Source: an uncultured Acidobacteriota bacterium (lineage in GTDB: Bacteria; Acidobacteriota; Thermoanaerobaculia; Multivoradales; SZUA-115). Taken from it: a DNA stretch of 64,000 nucleotides. The first letter of the stretch is position 1. Each line of letters begins with the position of its first letter. Both the position numbers and the translations under genes were made by a program. The notes below the pieces were generated by a model. It did not search any database. It was not told the DNA's origin and worked only from the letters and a program-made list of their open reading frames with translations. Below, piece after piece: positions 40,328 to 49,330 of this stretch. The DNA lies in contig CAWDVR010000002.1 in assembly GCA_963805975.1 (NCBI GenBank), forward strand, positions 224,001 to 288,000, read 5' to 3'.

Positions 40328-41065
40328 CTACGCCACTCGGCGGATCTTCACCGCCTGCCGCGCGCCGCCGAGCAGCAGGGCCAGGCTCAGGATCACGAGG
40401 GTGACGAGGAAGATCACGTAGGCCAGGATCTCGGGGGAAAGGCCCGCGGTCTGCGCCACGAGCGAGGAGTCGTGGCGCATGATGGCCGCCTTCATTCCGG
40501 TGTAGTGCATGCCGCAGACGGCGAGGCCCATGACCACGGCACTGGCGGTCATCTGCCAGGGGCGGGTGGCGTGGAAAACCAGCCACAGGGCGGCGATCGA
40601 GGCCACCACGGCGATCACCACGGAGACGAGGAGGATGGTGCGGTCGTAGCTCAGGCTCGCCTGCATGCGCATCGCCGCCATGCCGGTGTAGTGCATGGCG
40701 GCCACGCCGAGCCCCATGGCGGTACCGCCTCCCACCAGCCGCAGCGGCTCGCGCGGGCCCTTGCCCACCACGTAGATGCCGAAGCCGGTCACCGCCACCG
40801 CCGCCAGCAGGGAGGCAAGCGTGATGGGAATGTCGTAGTGCACGGGCATCCCCATGTCGAAAGCCAGCATGCCGATGAAGTGCATGGACCAGATGGCGCC
40901 GGCACCCATGGCGAGAGCGCCGGCGACGAGCGCGCGCCACTTGTCCGCACCCACGGCGCCGGCGTGCTGGCGGCAGAGCTTGAGCGCGGTCAGGGAGCCC
41001 AGGACCGAGATCACGTACGACAGCGAGACCAGAAACAAATTGTACTGGTGGGGCATCGGCTCCAT
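40328..41065 (-). CDS. Stand-alone MHYT-domain membrane sensor
   Basis: SMHFIGM, AMHYTGM, GMHYTGM repeats in a ~7-TM protein with no output domain. Confidence 0.92.
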   Translation of the reverse strand: MEPMPHQYNLFLVSLSYVISVLGSLTALKLCRQHAGAVGADKWRALVAGALAMGAGAIWSMHFIGMLAFDMGMPVHYDIPITLASLLAAVAVTGFGIYVVGKGPREPLRLVGGGTAMGLGVAAMHYTGMAAMRMQASLSYDRTILLVSVVIAVVASIAALWLVFHATRPWQMTASAVVMGLAVCGMHYTGMKAAIMRHDSSLVAQTAGLSPEILAYVIFLVTLVILSLALLLGGARQAVKIRRVA

Positions 41066-41075
41066 GGCTCCTCCG

Positions 41076-41549
41076 CTAGTTGAGCGCCTCGCGCTCGGCT
41101 TGGGCCTTCTCGAGACAAATGATCAGATAGCTGCGGTAGCCGCGCCAGTTGATGGGGATGACGAAGCTCTTGAGATGGCGTGGGAAGGAGATCTTCTCGG
41201 GGCGGCCCGAGAGCACGATGGGCACCGAGATCAGGAACTCGCTGCCGAAGAACTGGCGGGCGTTGCCGGCGATGGTGTTGGCGATCTCGCCGACCAGATC
41301 CTCCAGGTTCTCGTAGGAGAGGTCCGGCTCGCCCAACCGGCGCAGGAGCTCTCCCAACTGGTCGGCGCCGGAGGTGAAATAGACCGCGCCGCGGTGCCGG
41401 CCGGAGATGCCGATGACGCCGGTGAAGTCGAGGGTGGCCGAGTCCTCGCCCTTGAGATAGGGCGTGTCGACCTCCGCCGGTTCGCTGCCCACGCGCTCGA
41501 AGTAGCGCACGGCGCCGTCGATGAAGACCTTGATCTCCTCGTCGGTCAT
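41076..41549 (-). CDS. cheX: CheX-family phosphatase
   Basis: FTGVIGISG, GEIANTIAGN (ExxN), ISVP. Confidence 0.9.
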   Translation of the reverse strand: MTDEEIKVFIDGAVRYFERVGSEPAEVDTPYLKGEDSATLDFTGVIGISGRHRGAVYFTSGADQLGELLRRLGEPDLSYENLEDLVGEIANTIAGNARQFFGSEFLISVPIVLSGRPEKISFPRHLKSFVIPINWRGYRSYLIICLEKAQAEREALN

Positions 41550-41911
41550 GCGGACCCGCCCAGGAGGTTGTTCAGGGCGGCATTCAGGTCGCCGGCCGAG
41601 AACGGCTTGAACACGTACTCGTTGGCGCCCCGTTCCACCGCCTCGATGGCGGTGGCCGCATCGCCGAGCGCCGAGATCACCATCAGGTGGGTGTCGGGCT
41701 TGATGGCCATCATGCGCGAGATGCAGGTCAGCCCGTCCATCTCCGGCATGGTGATGTCCATGGTCACGAACTCCGGGCGATAGTGCTCGAAGAGCTCCAG
41801 CGCCTGGTGGCCGTTGGCGGCCTGGTAGATCTCCCGGATGCGCTCGGAGTGGATGTGCCGCTCGATGGTGCGGCGCACGATGCTCGAGTCGTCGACGATG
41901 AGGAGCTTCAC
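41546..41911 (-). CDS. cheY: CheY-like response regulator
   Basis: LIVDDS, TMDITMPEMDG, ISA, FKPF. Confidence 0.9.
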   Translation of the reverse strand: MKLLIVDDSSIVRRTIERHIHSERIREIYQAANGHQALELFEHYRPEFVTMDITMPEMDGLTCISRMMAIKPDTHLMVISALGDAATAIEAVERGANEYVFKPFSAGDLNAALNNLLGGSA

Positions 41912-44832
41912 GTGGTGACCTCCGTGATGGGCAGCGCGATGTGGAACTCGCAGAACTGGCCCGGACGCTGGCGCATCGAGATCCGGCCCCCCAACTGCCG
42001 CAGGGTCTCGCGCACCACGCTCATGCCGACGCCCCGGCCGGCGTCCTGGGAGACCTCCTCGGCCGTCGAGAAGCCGTGGTGGAAGATCAGCTCGTCGAGC
42101 GCCGCCGACTTCCAGCGGTTCCGCTCGCGGTCGATCAGGCCCTCGAGCAGCCCGGGCTCGTCCTTCGCCAGCTCGCGCGCCCGCTCGATCAGGCGCGGGT
42201 AGTCGATGCCGCGGCCGTCGTCGCGGAACAGCAGCTCCAGATGGCCGTTGTTGCGCCGCGCCGCGACCAGGATCTGGCCCTGCTCCGGCTTGCCGGCAGC
42301 CGTCCGCTCGGGCGCCGGCTCGATGCCATGCGCCATCGAGTTGCGCACCAGTTGCGCCATCACGTTCTGCACCGGCGCCCGGTAAGCGGCCGGGATCTCG
42401 AGATCGCCGGGAACCTCGAAGCGCAGCTCCGCCTTCTTGCCCAATCGCGCCGCAAGATCCTTGACGAAGCGCTCGAGCACTCCCTCGAGCACCTCGGTGC
42501 CGGCGGGCGGACGGGAGCCCAGGCTCTGCTGCAGCTCGCCCACCCGGCCGATGACCTCGCGGACCTCGACCAGGCTGTCGATCATTTCCGAGAGCTCGAG
42601 GACGATGGGGACGAAGTCGTTGCCGTCCAGGCTCACGTGGGTGCGCAACGGCTCGAGCTTGCTCTCGAAGCGGTGGGCCGCGGCCGCGAAGTAGTCGATG
42701 CGCAGCATCGCGGCCGAGCCCTTGATGGCGTGGATGCTGCGGTAGATCTGCTCGGCCAGACGGCGGTAGAAGGCACTGCGCTCCGCGCTCGGGAGACCCG
42801 TCACGGCACCTTCACCCGGCACGCCGGCCGGCGCCTCGCCGGTACCGGCGCGCAGCAGCGAGTTGACGCGCTCGAGCTCGGAGTGGGCGCTGGCGATGAA
42901 GTCGGAGAGCATCTGCGGCTCGACGTGCATCACCGACAGCAGCAGCTCGGCTTGGCGCTCCATGCGCTGCTGCGAGGCCTTGAGCTGGCGGGCCAGCTCG
43001 ACCCGTGAGGTGACGTCGGTCACGGTGACCATCGCCTGGCGGATCTCTTCCCCCTCTCGGATGCGGTCGAAGGTGAAGGACAGGTACTTGCGCTCGAGCT
43101 GGCCGCCCTTGCCGGGGAACACGGCCTCCAGCTCCTGCAGAGGGTTGATCTTGCCCACCACGCCGTCGTTCTTCGCCGGGTTGAAGAGCAGCTTCAGGAA
43201 CCGCTCGGCGAGCCCGTAGGTCTTCCCCGGCGCGATCCGGCGCAGCAGGTCGAGGAAGCTCGCTCCCGCCAGGTTCTCGGCGCCCAGGATGCTCTCGAGC
43301 GCCGTCGAGTACCTGGGCTCGACCGCGAGCTCCCGGTTGAGCAGGAACAAGCCCTCGCGCACCGTGCCCAGGATGGTGTCGGTCATCACCAGGGAGCGCT
43401 CCAGATCGCGGTTGGCGAGCTGTAGGCTCTCGGTGTTGGCACGCAGCCGCCCGACCATCTCGTTGAACGAGTCGGCGAGCACCGCGATCTCGTCCCGGCC
43501 CTCGCTGCTGATCTCGAGGTCCAGGTCGCCGTCGCGGACCAGGGTGGCCGCTTCGGCGAGGGCCGTCACCGGCTGGATCCAGCGGCGGGAGAGGAAGAGA
43601 TACGACGGCAGCAGCACGGCGGCGAGGATGCCGGCGATGAGCAGCAGGAGGGAGCGCGAGATCCGCGACGCCGCCTGCCCCAGCTCGTCCTTCGGCACCA
43701 CGAAGACCAGCTTCCAGTACGGGTCCGGCACGTGGAACAGGAAGGCCACGGCCGGCTGGCCGGTGATCAGGTCCGCCGGCACCTCGACGGTCGAGAAGAG
43801 GCGGCTCCCTGGCTCGGCCCCGCGGCCACGCAGCGGGTCGGCGAGCATCGCCGCGACGAGCTCGGCATCGGCACGCTCGATGCCCGGGCTCGCCTCGTCG
43901 ATCTCGGCCGCGAGCGACGGCACGTAGGCCGGCGAGGCCTGGGCGCGGCGCACGATCTCGGTATCCATCGCCTGCACGGCGTCCGCGATCGGCCGGAAGC
44001 CGGGCTCGGCCGCCGCCAGGTCCGCGGTCCGCACGAAGCCCTGCCGCGCGCCCTCGGCGCCGGCCTGCTGCCGCCGCAGGAGCTCGGGCTTGGGGAAGGC
44101 GACGAACTGGTTGTGGCGGTCGAGCAGGAAGCTATAGCCGGCGCCCTCGGGCTTGACCCCGCGCAGCAGCGCCGCCAGATCCTCGAACTCGAGGTCGATG
44201 GTCGCGGCGCCCAGGAACCGATCGCCGTCATAGCAGGCCGTGGAGCAGGTGACCATCGCCTGGCCGGTGTGGGGGTCCCGGTAGGAGCGGCTCCAGTACA
44301 CCCCGCCCCGCGGCAGGAAGCGCACCGGCACGTACCACTCTTCGCCGTGGTAGCCGGGAGCGGGCGGCGGCGCGTTGTAGTCGTCGAAGTAGCGCAAACC
44401 GGCCGCGGGATCGCGGCCCCAGAAGAAGCTCCGGCGCTCGACACCGGGCGTGAAGAGCCCGGGCTCGGGCCAGTAGCCGCCGCCGGCCACCGCGGCGTCA
44501 CCCTGGAAGTCGATCAGCCTGGGCAGCGCGTTCGTGAACGTGGCGGCGTCGCGGGGCAGGATCGCCGCCGTCTCGGCGATGGTCTTGACCAGCGCCGAGA
44601 TCTCCCGCGTGCGGAGTTGTACCTCCTCGACGCTCCGGTTCCCCGCCTCCTCGACCGCGCCCTGCGACTCGGCCACGACCTGGCTCTTGCCGTAGGTGTT
44701 CATCACCAGCACGATGCCGATGAGCAGCAGGCCGAACAAGCCTGCGAGCGCCACCACTCCCTGCCACGCGAGGCTGTCGCGCCAACGCGGGGCGGCACTC
44801 CTTGCTTGTGGTCTGAGCTCTGGGATGCTCAT
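41908..44832 (-). CDS. Membrane sensor Cache-HAMP-PAS-like-HPT-CheA-type HATPase kinase (class III histidine kinase-like)
   Basis: TM, Cache-type (EWY...WSRSYRD), TM, HAMP (DEIAVLADSFNEM), HPT (IHAIKG), CheA-type HATPase (RNSMAHGIE, DDGRGID, GFSTA, GRGVGM). No CheW domain. Confidence 0.85.
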   Translation of the reverse strand: MSIPELRPQARSAAPRWRDSLAWQGVVALAGLFGLLLIGIVLVMNTYGKSQVVAESQGAVEEAGNRSVEEVQLRTREISALVKTIAETAAILPRDAATFTNALPRLIDFQGDAAVAGGGYWPEPGLFTPGVERRSFFWGRDPAAGLRYFDDYNAPPPAPGYHGEEWYVPVRFLPRGGVYWSRSYRDPHTGQAMVTCSTACYDGDRFLGAATIDLEFEDLAALLRGVKPEGAGYSFLLDRHNQFVAFPKPELLRRQQAGAEGARQGFVRTADLAAAEPGFRPIADAVQAMDTEIVRRAQASPAYVPSLAAEIDEASPGIERADAELVAAMLADPLRGRGAEPGSRLFSTVEVPADLITGQPAVAFLFHVPDPYWKLVFVVPKDELGQAASRISRSLLLLIAGILAAVLLPSYLFLSRRWIQPVTALAEAATLVRDGDLDLEISSEGRDEIAVLADSFNEMVGRLRANTESLQLANRDLERSLVMTDTILGTVREGLFLLNRELAVEPRYSTALESILGAENLAGASFLDLLRRIAPGKTYGLAERFLKLLFNPAKNDGVVGKINPLQELEAVFPGKGGQLERKYLSFTFDRIREGEEIRQAMVTVTDVTSRVELARQLKASQQRMERQAELLLSVMHVEPQMLSDFIASAHSELERVNSLLRAGTGEAPAGVPGEGAVTGLPSAERSAFYRRLAEQIYRSIHAIKGSAAMLRIDYFAAAAHRFESKLEPLRTHVSLDGNDFVPIVLELSEMIDSLVEVREVIGRVGELQQSLGSRPPAGTEVLEGVLERFVKDLAARLGKKAELRFEVPGDLEIPAAYRAPVQNVMAQLVRNSMAHGIEPAPERTAAGKPEQGQILVAARRNNGHLELLFRDDGRGIDYPRLIERARELAKDEPGLLEGLIDRERNRWKSAALDELIFHHGFSTAEEVSQDAGRGVGMSVVRETLRQLGGRISMRQRPGQFCEFHIALPITEVTT

Positions 44833-45105
44833 TCTCGAGAACCTCCTGGCCTGGCGCTCTCGCTGTCTTGGAGTGGGATGGAACGAGGGTTTTCACCTCG
44901 CTTGGGGCTACCGCACGAGGCGATGATGGCGGATCTCCCTTACGGACTGTATTACGAATTCCCTGCAGAAACGATCGTCCTCTTGGCGCTCCCTCGCGCA
45001 ACGCAATGCGCCGTTTCGAAGATAGAGAGATGCACCTCCTGGCGTGGCAGGAGGTGTCTGGCGGTGCGCTGCTTCCCGGCGGGAAAAAGCCTGGCGGGAG
45101 AGGGT

Positions 45106-46176
45106 CTATTGCGCCTTGATCTCGGTCCACAGCTCGTCCATGAGCTGCGTCGCGTCGCCCACGTCCTCGATGAACTCGCAGCGCGCCAGAACTTCCTGCG
45201 ACGGATAGATCGCGGGATCGTTCAGGATCGAGGCATCGATCCATTTCCTCGCCGGCACGTTGGCGCTGGCGTAGCTCACGCTGTTGACGATCTTGGCGTT
45301 GACCTCCGGCTCCATGACGAAGTTGAGGAAGGCGTAGGCGGCGTCGAGGTTGCGCGCCTTGGCGGGGATGGCGGCGCTGTCCATCCAGACCGTGGCCCCT
45401 TCCTTGGGCACCACATAGGCGAGCTTCTCCGGCGCCTCGGCCACCACCTCGGCGAGCTGGCCGTTGTAGCCGTGCGCGAGGTCGACGTCGCCCGAGGCGA
45501 GGATGTTGGCGAAGTCGCCGCTGTTGTAAGTCTTGACCAGCCGCTTCTGCTTCTTGAGCAGCTCGGCCGCCTGGCGAAGCACCGCCGGGTCGCGCTCGTT
45601 GAGCGACTTGCCCATCGACTTGAGCGCCACGGCGAAGCACTCCCGCATGTCGTCGAGCATCAGGATGCGGCCCGCGTTCTTCTCGTCGAAGACCGCGGCC
45701 CAACTGTCGACCGGTCCGCCCAGGCTTGCCTGGTTGTAGCCCAGCCCGGTGGTGCCCCAGACGTAGGGCAGCGAGTGCTTGTTGCCGGGATCGAACTTCT
45801 GGTTGAGGAGCTTTACGTCGAGGTTGGCGAGGTTGGGCAGGCGCAGGTGGTCGAGCTCGGCGAGCAGGTTCTTCTGGATCAGGATGCGGACCATGTAGTC
45901 CGAGGGCACCACGATGTCGTAGTCGGCGACCCCGGACTCGAGCTTGGCGAGCAGCGCCTCGTTCGAGTCGTAGAGGTCGAAGTTGTAGTCGATGCCGGTC
46001 CTGGCCTTGAACTCGTCGAGCACCTCGACGGGCAGGTACTCGGACCAGATGAAGATGTTCACCTTGCCGGCCTGCTTCGCCGCCGGCCCGTTGCCGCCCG
46101 GGCCGCAGGCGGCCATTGCGAAGACGGCGATGGCGAGCACGGCGAGCCCCGCGGCGGCGAGCTTTCTCTTGTTCAT
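45106..46176 (-). CDS. potD: Spermidine/putrescine ABC transporter substrate-binding lipoprotein
   Basis: Lipobox MAAC, WSEYL, YDSNE, YDIVVPSDY, PYVWGTTG, PKEGATVWMD. Confidence 0.92.
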   Translation of the reverse strand: MNKRKLAAAGLAVLAIAVFAMAACGPGGNGPAAKQAGKVNIFIWSEYLPVEVLDEFKARTGIDYNFDLYDSNEALLAKLESGVADYDIVVPSDYMVRILIQKNLLAELDHLRLPNLANLDVKLLNQKFDPGNKHSLPYVWGTTGLGYNQASLGGPVDSWAAVFDEKNAGRILMLDDMRECFAVALKSMGKSLNERDPAVLRQAAELLKKQKRLVKTYNSGDFANILASGDVDLAHGYNGQLAEVVAEAPEKLAYVVPKEGATVWMDSAAIPAKARNLDAAYAFLNFVMEPEVNAKIVNSVSYASANVPARKWIDASILNDPAIYPSQEVLARCEFIEDVGDATQLMDELWTEIKAQ

Positions 46177-47075
46177 CCCTTCTCTCCTTTTTCGACGGCT
46201 CCCTGCTGCAGCCGCTGCGCCACGACGATCAGGACCACCGTCACCGCGAGCAGCAGGGTCGACACGGCATTGACCTCCGGCGTCACCCCCACCTTGAGCA
46301 TGGAGTAGATCTGCAACGGCAATGTGGTGGCGCCGACGCCGGCGACGAACGAGGTCACCACGTAGTCGTCCACCGAGATGGTGAACACCAGGAGCGCGCC
46401 GGCGACGATGCCGGGCGCGATCAGCGGCAGGGTGACGCGGAAGAACGTGGTCACCGGGCCGGCACCGAGGTCGAGGGCCGCCTCCTCGAGCGAGCGGTCG
46501 AAGCCCGAGAGGCGCGCCCGCACGACGATCGCCACGTAGGGAATGCAGAAGGCGACGTGGGCGACGACCACGGTCCAGAACGACAGCCGCAGATGGACCG
46601 CCCCGAAGAAGGTCACCAGCGCCGCGGCGATGACGATCTCGGGAATGATGATCGGCAGGTAGAGGGCGGCCTGGGTCGCCGCCTTGCCGCGAAACTCGAA
46701 GCGCCCGAGGGCCAGCGCGGCCATGGTGCCGAAGACGGTCGCCACCACCGTCGTCAGGCCGGCGACCAGCAGGCTGTTCTTGACCGACTTGAGCAGCAGC
46801 GAGTTGCCGGCGAGCTTGGCGTACCAGTCGAGGGTGAAGCCTTCCCACAGCGCCGTCTGCTTGCCGGCATTGAAGGAGAAGACCACCAGCACCAGGATCG
46901 GCGCGTAGAGAAAGAGGAAGACGAGGGCGGTGTGGGTGGCGAGCGCCAGCCGCTCCCAGGCGAACGGCCGCGCCCGCTCGACGGGCGGGAGAGCCCGGCC
47001 CACCAGGCGCACCGGCGCTTCGCCGGGAAGGGCCTCCGCGCCACCCGCCGGGCCCTCCGCGGCCGTGCCCCTCAC
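46173..47075 (-). CDS. potC: Polyamine ABC transporter permease
   Basis: FLYAPIL...FSFN, LEEAALDLGA, SVDDY, TPEVNA. Confidence 0.9.
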   Translation of the reverse strand: MRGTAAEGPAGGAEALPGEAPVRLVGRALPPVERARPFAWERLALATHTALVFLFLYAPILVLVVFSFNAGKQTALWEGFTLDWYAKLAGNSLLLKSVKNSLLVAGLTTVVATVFGTMAALALGRFEFRGKAATQAALYLPIIIPEIVIAAALVTFFGAVHLRLSFWTVVVAHVAFCIPYVAIVVRARLSGFDRSLEEAALDLGAGPVTTFFRVTLPLIAPGIVAGALLVFTISVDDYVVTSFVAGVGATTLPLQIYSMLKVGVTPEVNAVSTLLLAVTVVLIVVAQRLQQGAVEKGEKG

Positions 47076-47971
47076 AGCAGCACCTCTTTGCCCCGGCGCT
47101 TGACGTAGAAGGCATAGGCCAGGAGCAGCAGGAGCACCACCGCCGTCAGCTCGAACGCCACGGCCGAGCCGAACGGCTTGTTGCGCGCGATGACGTACTG
47201 GTTCTGGATCAGGTTGCCCACCAGGATGCTCTTCGCCCCGCCCAAGAGATCGGGGACGATGAACTGGCCGATCGAGGGGATGAACACCAGCACGATGCCG
47301 GCGATCACGCCCGGCATCGACAGCGGCATCGTCACCCGCCAGAAGCTCGCCCAGTGGCCGGCGCCGAGATCGGTCGCCGCCTCGAGCAGCGACAGGTCGA
47401 GCTTCTCGAGCGAGGCGTAGAGCGGCAGGATCATGAACGGCAGCTCACCGTAGACCAGCCCGATCATCACCGCGAAGTCGTTGTAGAGCAGGTCGAGCGG
47501 CTGGTCGATCCACCCCAACCCGAGGAGCGAGGTATTGGCGAGGCCCTGGGTGCGCAGGATGAACATCCAGGCATAGGTACGGATCAGGAAGCTGGTCCAG
47601 AACGGGATCACCACCAGGCCCAGGAGCAGATTCTTGCGCCGCGGCGGCGCCAGCACGGCAATGTAGTAGGCCACCGGGAAGCTCACCAGCAGGCAGACGA
47701 CGGTGGTGACGACCGCCATCCACAGCGAGCGGCCGTAGATCCGCAGGTAGATCGGCTCCAGCGAGCGCGCGTAGTTCGAGAGGAACTTGCCGGAGGTGAT
47801 GTGGGCGCCGAGATCCGTGATCGGCTTCAGACCGCCGTAGGTGTCGCGCTCGGTGAAGCTGATGCCGAGCATGATGGCGAGCGGCAGCAACAGGAAGACG
47901 CCGAGGACGAGCCACGCCGGCACCACCAGCGGGTAGGCGGCCCGGCTCCTCCTGGTACCCTCGGCAGCCAT
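47072..47971 (-). CDS. potB: Polyamine ABC transporter permease
   Basis: PFWTSFLIRTYAW, LPFMILPLY, LLEAATDLGA. Confidence 0.9.
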   Translation of the reverse strand: MAAEGTRRSRAAYPLVVPAWLVLGVFLLLPLAIMLGISFTERDTYGGLKPITDLGAHITSGKFLSNYARSLEPIYLRIYGRSLWMAVVTTVVCLLVSFPVAYYIAVLAPPRRKNLLLGLVVIPFWTSFLIRTYAWMFILRTQGLANTSLLGLGWIDQPLDLLYNDFAVMIGLVYGELPFMILPLYASLEKLDLSLLEAATDLGAGHWASFWRVTMPLSMPGVIAGIVLVFIPSIGQFIVPDLLGGAKSILVGNLIQNQYVIARNKPFGSAVAFELTAVVLLLLLAYAFYVKRRGKEVLL

Positions 47972-47975
47972 CTTC

Positions 47976-49079
47976 CTAGGGGTCGTCGACCAGCACCGTG
48001 TGGCGCGGGTTCCAGCACATGAAGGCCTGGCGGCCGACGGCGAACTTGCCGCTCTCCGCGAACGGCCGCTCGTTCTGGTCGTAGATCAGGTACTGCTGCC
48101 CGCCGGCGTCGCGCACCACCCACACCGTGGACACCCCCTGGTAGACGCGGTCCTCGATGGTCACCGGCACCGAAGGGATGCCACGCTCGGAGAGGTCGTG
48201 AGCGCGCAGGTCGAGCTTCTCCGGGCGGACCACGAAGCGCACCTCCTCGCCCTGGTGCCGCGCCGTGCCGTTGACCTCGACCGCGACCTCGGTTCCGGCC
48301 ACGGTGGAGAGCGAGAGCAGGCCGTGGGCGATGTCCCGCACGCGGGCGGTGAAGAAGTTCGAGGCACCCATGAAGCGGGCCACGAACTCCGTCTGCGGGT
48401 ACTCGAAGACGGTGGGCGAGCGGTCCACCTGCTCCACGCGGCCGCGGTTCATCACCGCGATGCGGTCGCTCATCGCCAGCGCTTCTTCCTGGTCGTGGGT
48501 GACGAAGATGAACGTGATGCCGAGCCGGCGCTGCAAGTTCTTCAGCTCGACCTGCACCTCTTTCCGCAGCTTCTGGTCGAGAGCGCCGAGCGGCTCGTCC
48601 AGGAGCAGCACCTGCGGCTCGAGCGCCAGCGCCCGCGCCAGGGCCACCCGCTGGCGCTGCCCGCCCGAGAGCTGGTGCGGGTAGCGGCGCTCGAAGCCGA
48701 CGAGCTGCAGGAGGGCGAGAGCGGCGGCGGTGCGCTCGGCAAAGGCGCTCCTGGGCACCCCCTGGTAGCGCAGGCCGAAGGCCACGTTCTCCTCCACCGT
48801 CAAGTGGGGAAAGAGCGCGTAGTGCTGGAAGACCATGTTCACCGGGCGCTTGAACGGCGGCACCCGCGTCATGTCCACGCCGCCGATCGAGATCGTGCCC
48901 GAGGTCGGCACCTCGAAGCCGCCCAGCATCCGCAGGAGCGTGGTCTTGCCGCAGCCGCTCGGGCCGAGGAGAGAGAAGAACTCGCCGCGGGCGATCGAGA
49001 GCGATACGTCGTCGACCGCGGCGTAGTCGCCGAAGCGTTTCGAGACGTGGGAGATCTCTACCGAGAGGTCGCTGTCGAT
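47976..49079 (-). CDS. potA: Polyamine ABC transporter ATP-binding protein (start uncertain)
   Basis: GPSGCGKT, LSGGQ, LLLDEP, VTHDQEEA, C-terminal TOBE-like region. The conserved part begins ~49070; there is no nearby ATG/GTG. Confidence 0.9.
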   Translation of the reverse strand: MDSDLSVEISHVSKRFGDYAAVDDVSLSIARGEFFSLLGPSGCGKTTLLRMLGGFEVPTSGTISIGGVDMTRVPPFKRPVNMVFQHYALFPHLTVEENVAFGLRYQGVPRSAFAERTAAALALLQLVGFERRYPHQLSGGQRQRVALARALALEPQVLLLDEPLGALDQKLRKEVQVELKNLQRRLGITFIFVTHDQEEALAMSDRIAVMNRGRVEQVDRSPTVFEYPQTEFVARFMGASNFFTARVRDIAHGLLSLSTVAGTEVAVEVNGTARHQGEEVRFVVRPEKLDLRAHDLSERGIPSVPVTIEDRVYQGVSTVWVVRDAGGQQYLIYDQNERPFAESGKFAVGRQAFMCWNPRHTVLVDDP

Positions 49080-49330
49080 GCGCGGTTTTCTAGCACAAGC
49101 GGGGGGGCGGGGGAAGAGAAATGTCGGATCCGCTGCCGTCTCGATTCGGCGCAAGGATTCGGCGCGGGCGACCCGGAGTAGCGGTACTATTCGGATCGAT
49201 GTTGCCGATTCCCGCGGGCCAGGCGTTCGTCGCACCCTCGACGGATCGGCATCGATCTTGCTCCGCGGCGAAAATACCCGGAGCTCGTCCGGTGTGACAC
49301 GACGCTCGTACTGCTGAGGAGACCCAACGG

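Noticed and set aside
38826-40940. 704-aa RtcB with long N-terminal extension; similarly extended ORF-track versions of nadB, nadC, nadQ, proC, potD, coxE and the ATP-grasp genes
   Set aside because: The extensions overlap upstream genes in another frame. Better starts with RBS or overlapping stop/start exist downstream.
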